A stretch of 53,741 bases of DNA, counting the filler, from Sphacelaria rigidula (lineage: Eukaryota): the NCBI GenBank assembly GCA_964200075.2. It is 5 parts of 5 records of this genome, joined end to end, with 100 filler letters (N's around TTAATTAATTAA, not from the genome) between each part and the next. Parts side by side here need not be neighbours in the genome. Positions count along the whole stretch, not along the records: positions 43,076 to 53,741 come from CAXNAA020006114.1; 4 more parts are not named here. One strand, written 5' to 3'. The notes under the pieces were generated by a model that was given only the letters and a program-made list of their open reading frames with translations, did not search any database and had not been told where the DNA came from. A program made the translations under genes and the position numbers. Each line of letters starts with the position of its first letter. Position 1 is the stretch's first letter. Of this stretch, positions 49,609-53,741 are shown piece after piece.

Positions 49609-49664
49609 CGGACCGATGAGTTGGCGAACCAGCGCTTTGTCAACGAGATGAAGGTTTTCATCAA
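49609..49664 (+). CDS. Protein kinase exon, alphaC helix
   Basis: RTDELANQRFVNEMKVFI; accag acceptor and gtgagt donor. Confidence 0.8.
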
Positions 49665-50337
49665 GTGAGTCGTGTACCCTTTACACTTCTGCAACATGCA
49701 CAGTCAGGTTCTCGCTGTATCCCGCAGCCGCGGTGGTCCGTATTTTAACAGCGATGTATATTTCTCGAGAGAACACCGATTCTTTCCCACCAGATCTCAC
49801 ACCCCCGAAACAGGCAAAAGGTGTGGACTTGATCGCTATACGCACTTCACTTGAAGAAGCGAAGTGGCCACCGTAATTTCGAGAGAGAGGCGACGTGGAA
49901 ACTCTTTTCCCAAACCGCAACACGGTTAGCCATATCCTTAAACGGTTACTTCAGCTCTCGAACAATTGAATTGTGATGGCCTTCCCCCCAGTTTCGGCAT
50001 TTGCTAGTGCTTAGGTGCGGTACGGTACTACTGTAGTGCTGAACAGCTGCACACATATTGCTGTACAGTATAGACCCCTCGTGTAAAATGTTGGCAGCTT
50101 CTTGCGCGTGATGCTGGTCGCGCCAGACGTTCGCTGAGTGGACCAAACATTTATTGCATCTATACCACCTACGTGTGCGTTTCCACAAGATCGCTGACTG
50201 CTATTTCACAGACAGCTATCAGTACATGGCGTCCCGGTCCTCCCGTCCTCTTACCGCCCCCCCCCCCCCCCCCCCAAATTGATTTCTACCACGTTTTTCA
50301 CGTTTATCTTTTATTTTATTTTTGCGTGATGCCGCAG

Positions 50338-50481
50338 AATTGACAACGGGCACTCGAACATAATCCCCGTGTACTCCATGGATCGCTTGAGCCACATCAT
50401 CGTCACGCGTCGGACCCACAGTACTCTTTACTTAAAGTTGAGGAATGGCATCTGGGATGTCGCGATGCCGCGCCGGATGAG
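50338..50481 (+). CDS. Protein kinase exon, subdomains IV-V
   Basis: IDNGHSNIIPVY...TLYLKL...RRM; phases 2-2 match both neighbours. Confidence 0.85.
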
Positions 50482-51159
50482 GTGTGTTAATGGTGTACTC
50501 TTCGCATTCGTATTATAGCTCGGTTTCATAGCATAGCGGCAGGGCGTTCTTCGTAGTCCGTCCTGTTACAGCACATCAAAGTGTAACTATAATATCGCCG
50601 CTGTCTCTGTTTCCATGTCGCTGTTGAAGTGTTACACTTCGGTCTCTCAAGGTCTGCGGGGCAGTGCCAATATTTGCGCGTGAGCCAGTCATTCTGCTAG
50701 AGAGTAAGTTATCGTCAGACTTAGAATGGTTGAAAGGGGGAGCTGGACGTTTGGTGTTTCCGCGAAAATGAAGAGTTGATCAATGCTGCATGTGCATGCC
50801 GTCGTTGGCAGCAGCCTGTCTCTCCACACCACCCCTGGTACTGTAGTCATTTGCCCTTCTTTCCGACAACACGGACCACCGAAATAAAATAATACGCGCG
50901 ACGGGTGGAACGTTGTTTATCTGCGTGGTCGTTGATATGTACTACTTTACATTGTCGTCGATATGTTGGAAACGAAAACAGAGGGGCTCTGTAGGGTCGG
51001 GCTGCCCGCCCTCCCCGAACCAGCTAATCGAAACAAGGGCCGAACCAAAACATCAAAACCATAATGTTGTGTGGATGCGCTTACTCTAGTACATGACGGC
51101 GCTAGCAGTGATTTGTTCCTAACGGGATAACATTTCGATCGGTGTGCGTTTGCTACCAG

Positions 51160-51299
51160 GCTGATGGGGCAGGCACTATCTGCCCTAACGTTTCTGCACG
51201 GACAAATGCGGTTGGTTCATGGGGACGTGAAGCCCCAGAACATCCTCATCAACGAAGCCATGTCGCGCATCTGGCTACAGGATTTCCGTGCTGCAGGCG
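51160..51299 (+). CDS. Protein kinase exon, catalytic loop
   Basis: LMGQALSALTFLHGQMRLVHGDVKPQNILINEAMSRIWLQDFRAAG; taccag acceptor and gtgagc donor. Confidence 0.92.
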
Positions 51300-51337
51300 G
51301 TGAGCTCCTGTTTCTAGTTCCTCGAGTAGAGTAAGCC

Positions 51338-51407
51338 GTATGTATGTATGTATGTATGTATGTATGTATGTATGTATGTATGTATGTATGTATGTATGTA
51401 TGTATGT
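51338..51407. repeat. (TATG)n microsatellite
   Basis: Direct reading. Confidence 0.98.
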
Positions 51408-51589
51408 GTATTTGTGTACTGCCACGGAACACTGTTGACTCTTGTCCTTGTGAAATATTCAACACTCTTTGAAAATAAAGTCATAGCATGCATTCGGTTA
51501 CCGTCGGAGACCATAGAGGCAAACTTATATTAGCACTTTGGACAATGAACACGACAATAGTCTATTGCTTCAATAATAGATGCGGGGGT

Positions 51590-53555
51590 AAAGCTATCGA
51601 TATTTATTGAAGAACACGATAGATCGTGGAACACATCTGTTGATATATATTGCACGCGACAAAAGATGTTCCAAGCGTCGATCAGCAGTGTGTTGCAATT
51701 ACAGTACATTTAGACCGCTAGTCATCGATGGACATCGTATACCACAATAGATTCTGGTATGCATGTATCGATAGCCATTGCCGTCATCAATACATTTTTT
51801 GGTGAACAACGTATCGATAGCCTTTGTCCCCAACAACAACGTATTTGGGGGTATCTATCGATAGTCGTTGCCGTTAACAATGGGTTGTTGTAGGAAGCAT
51901 CTATCGATAGCCCATGACGTCAATACATATATTGCTCACTGGAGTAGTCTTACGGCATCAACGGCATTAATCCTTACACACGAACACGCAAGTACCTGAG
52001 GCGATAGCTGGCGATGGTTCGTGTGGAATAAGATGGCAACATCCACCGCAATATGTGTATCGATAGATAGCTTTTGATCGACGCCATTCAGCTACTACTA
52101 TTGTGCCCACCACAATATATGTTCATATATATTGCTGGCCGGGACTCAGATCGTATTTGTGACCAGCGATAGACATTGGTGGCCGCGGTTCATGTTATAT
52201 TGCCACCAGCAATATACATCGGTGGGCGCAATTTAGATTCTATTGTGATCGCCAGTATGTGTTGGTGCACACGTAGCCAATCGGCTCCCGTCCGGCGCAA
52301 TAGTTTTTCAACCCTCAGAATATTGTGCAATGCTCTATATCTGCCGCTGTTGTTTATTTGAAAGCATTTGCAGTCCTCTGGCGGGCTTGGTTTTCCTCCA
52401 GAGGAATGTCTACCCTCTAGAGACTTCACATACCGTATACTCTCGAGCAGTCTTGACCCTCGAGGTATAATAAGCCTTGTGGCAAGCAATTCCAGAGGAA
52501 ATATTTGCATTCTAGAGCTTCCACACTCTGTATGCTCTGTAAGAATCAGGACACTTTATAATAGCATATATATACATCTCCTTTAGAGTATATTATTGTT
52601 GAGGGGGAGCCGATCAGCCACGTCTGGCGGTCGCCATCAATGCAGCTTCTAGTGTAATTCGCGATAGGCATTGGTCGCGATTCAGAGCCTATTGCAACAA
52701 ATAATGTATACAGCGATAGACGACTTGGCTGCTCAGTTGTCACAGCAGTGATAACCTTCTGTCCCTTGTTGCTTACAATAGCTATCGATAGGCAGCGAAG
52801 CCAGTAGATCGTGGCTGGCAGTAGGCATTGGCAGTCACATGTTCGGGGCTGATGTGGCGACAGTGTTCTATCACACAGTCTGCTGTCCAAGGTGTAAGCG
52901 CACCTCACCCGCACACAAAAGTTGTCTTAGCACTCTTGTCCACCAGGGGGAGAACCTGAGTACCAACACCACACCATCAAATTCGTAAACTTCCGCCCGT
53001 ACATGTTGCGGATCCCTACGAACCGTTCCGAATTTGCAGAATCATCAAGTATCATCCTACACCCGCTACATGTTCAACTGCGGCCTCTCTACCGTACTGC
53101 AATAGAGCGTAGCGTACTCTGTACATATATACAGTATTTCGTATTGAATTTGTGGCAACAGATGACAGAGCATGTCTCCCGACAGGCATTGTATACTACA
53201 GCAGCTTTTAGTTGTGCATGTATCGATAGTCGCCATTGCCGCCATAAAAAGATTTTGTAGGCACTCTATTAATCATGACCATTGTTGTCGCCATCACTTG
53301 GTTCTGTAAACAATCCATCAAGCGTCATCAATAGATATGGCACGGAGTCTCTCGATATCCATTGTCGCCATCAACGGATTGGAAAGCTTTCTGTCGATAT
53401 ATCCGGTCGGCCGCAATAGGTTTAGGTGTAGGGTCATCATAGACTGCTGCTCGGGCAATGGCGTGGGAAAGGGGTCTATCGATAGACACTGCTTATGACA
53501 AAAGCTCTACATAGGGAAACTCGCCAATCGATAGCTATTACCGACGACAATACTG
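51590..53555. repeat. Dispersed degenerate repeats built on the TATCGATAG motif
   Basis: TATCGATAG recurs at ~45-bp spacing at 51765-51910 and again at 52780, 53220 and 53478-53535. Confidence 0.6.
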
Positions 53556-53568
53556 GTGTCACCTGCTA

Positions 53569-53741
53569 CCGGTCGCCCCGGTGGCTCAGTTGGTAACCTC
53601 GTAACCTACTGACGGTTGGACTGTGCGTTCGAATCTCGGTGAAGTCACACGATCTGGACTTCTCCTTACACCATGCCCAACAGTGGAGAGCGATTATGTC
53701 GTGGGTACACGAAACTCGACTTCACGGTCGACGAGCGAAAG
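53569..53741 (+). mobile_element. tRNA-derived SINE family 1 (cut by window end)
   Basis: CCGGTCGCCCCGGTGGCTCAGTTGGTAA...CGTTCGAATC. Confidence 0.85.

Noticed and set aside
52368..52470. GGLGFPPEE as the kinase APE-motif exon
   Set aside because: Its phase is incompatible with the preceding exon and it lies in a repetitive CTAGAG-rich block

Overview
Eukaryotic, intron-rich, repeat-rich nuclear DNA of roughly balanced GC. Gene structure and repeat style suggest a brown alga or related stramenopile (inference). The window is not contiguous. It is five unrelated contigs of 10669, 10669, 10669, 10668 and 10666 bp, apparently size-sorted and joined by artificial N44-TTAATTAATTAA-N44 linkers, and most contig ends fall inside repeats. 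Most ORF-track entries are spurious, and the real genes had to be spliced by hand. Contig 1 holds a middle portion of a probable spatacsin (SPG11) homolog with one ~2.9-kb exon and a degraded RecQ-like helicase remnant. Contig 2 holds part of a soluble adenylyl cyclase (ADCY10-like) gene. Contig 3 holds a decayed LTR-like element, a 42-bp hairpin minisatellite and a Ty1/copia gag. Contig 4 holds the 3' end of a gene for a divergent zinc-ribbon OB-fold (RPA70C/POT1-like) protein. Contig 5 holds an atypical non-RD protein kinase with an unrecognised N-terminal domain. Introns and intergenic DNA carry many non-autonomous transposons: hAT-, Tc1/mariner-, piggyBac- and PIF/Harbinger-like MITEs, two tRNA-derived SINE families, LINE 3' fragments and an unusual oligo(C)-tailed retroposon. 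All protein assignments are by-eye motif recognition, not database hits.
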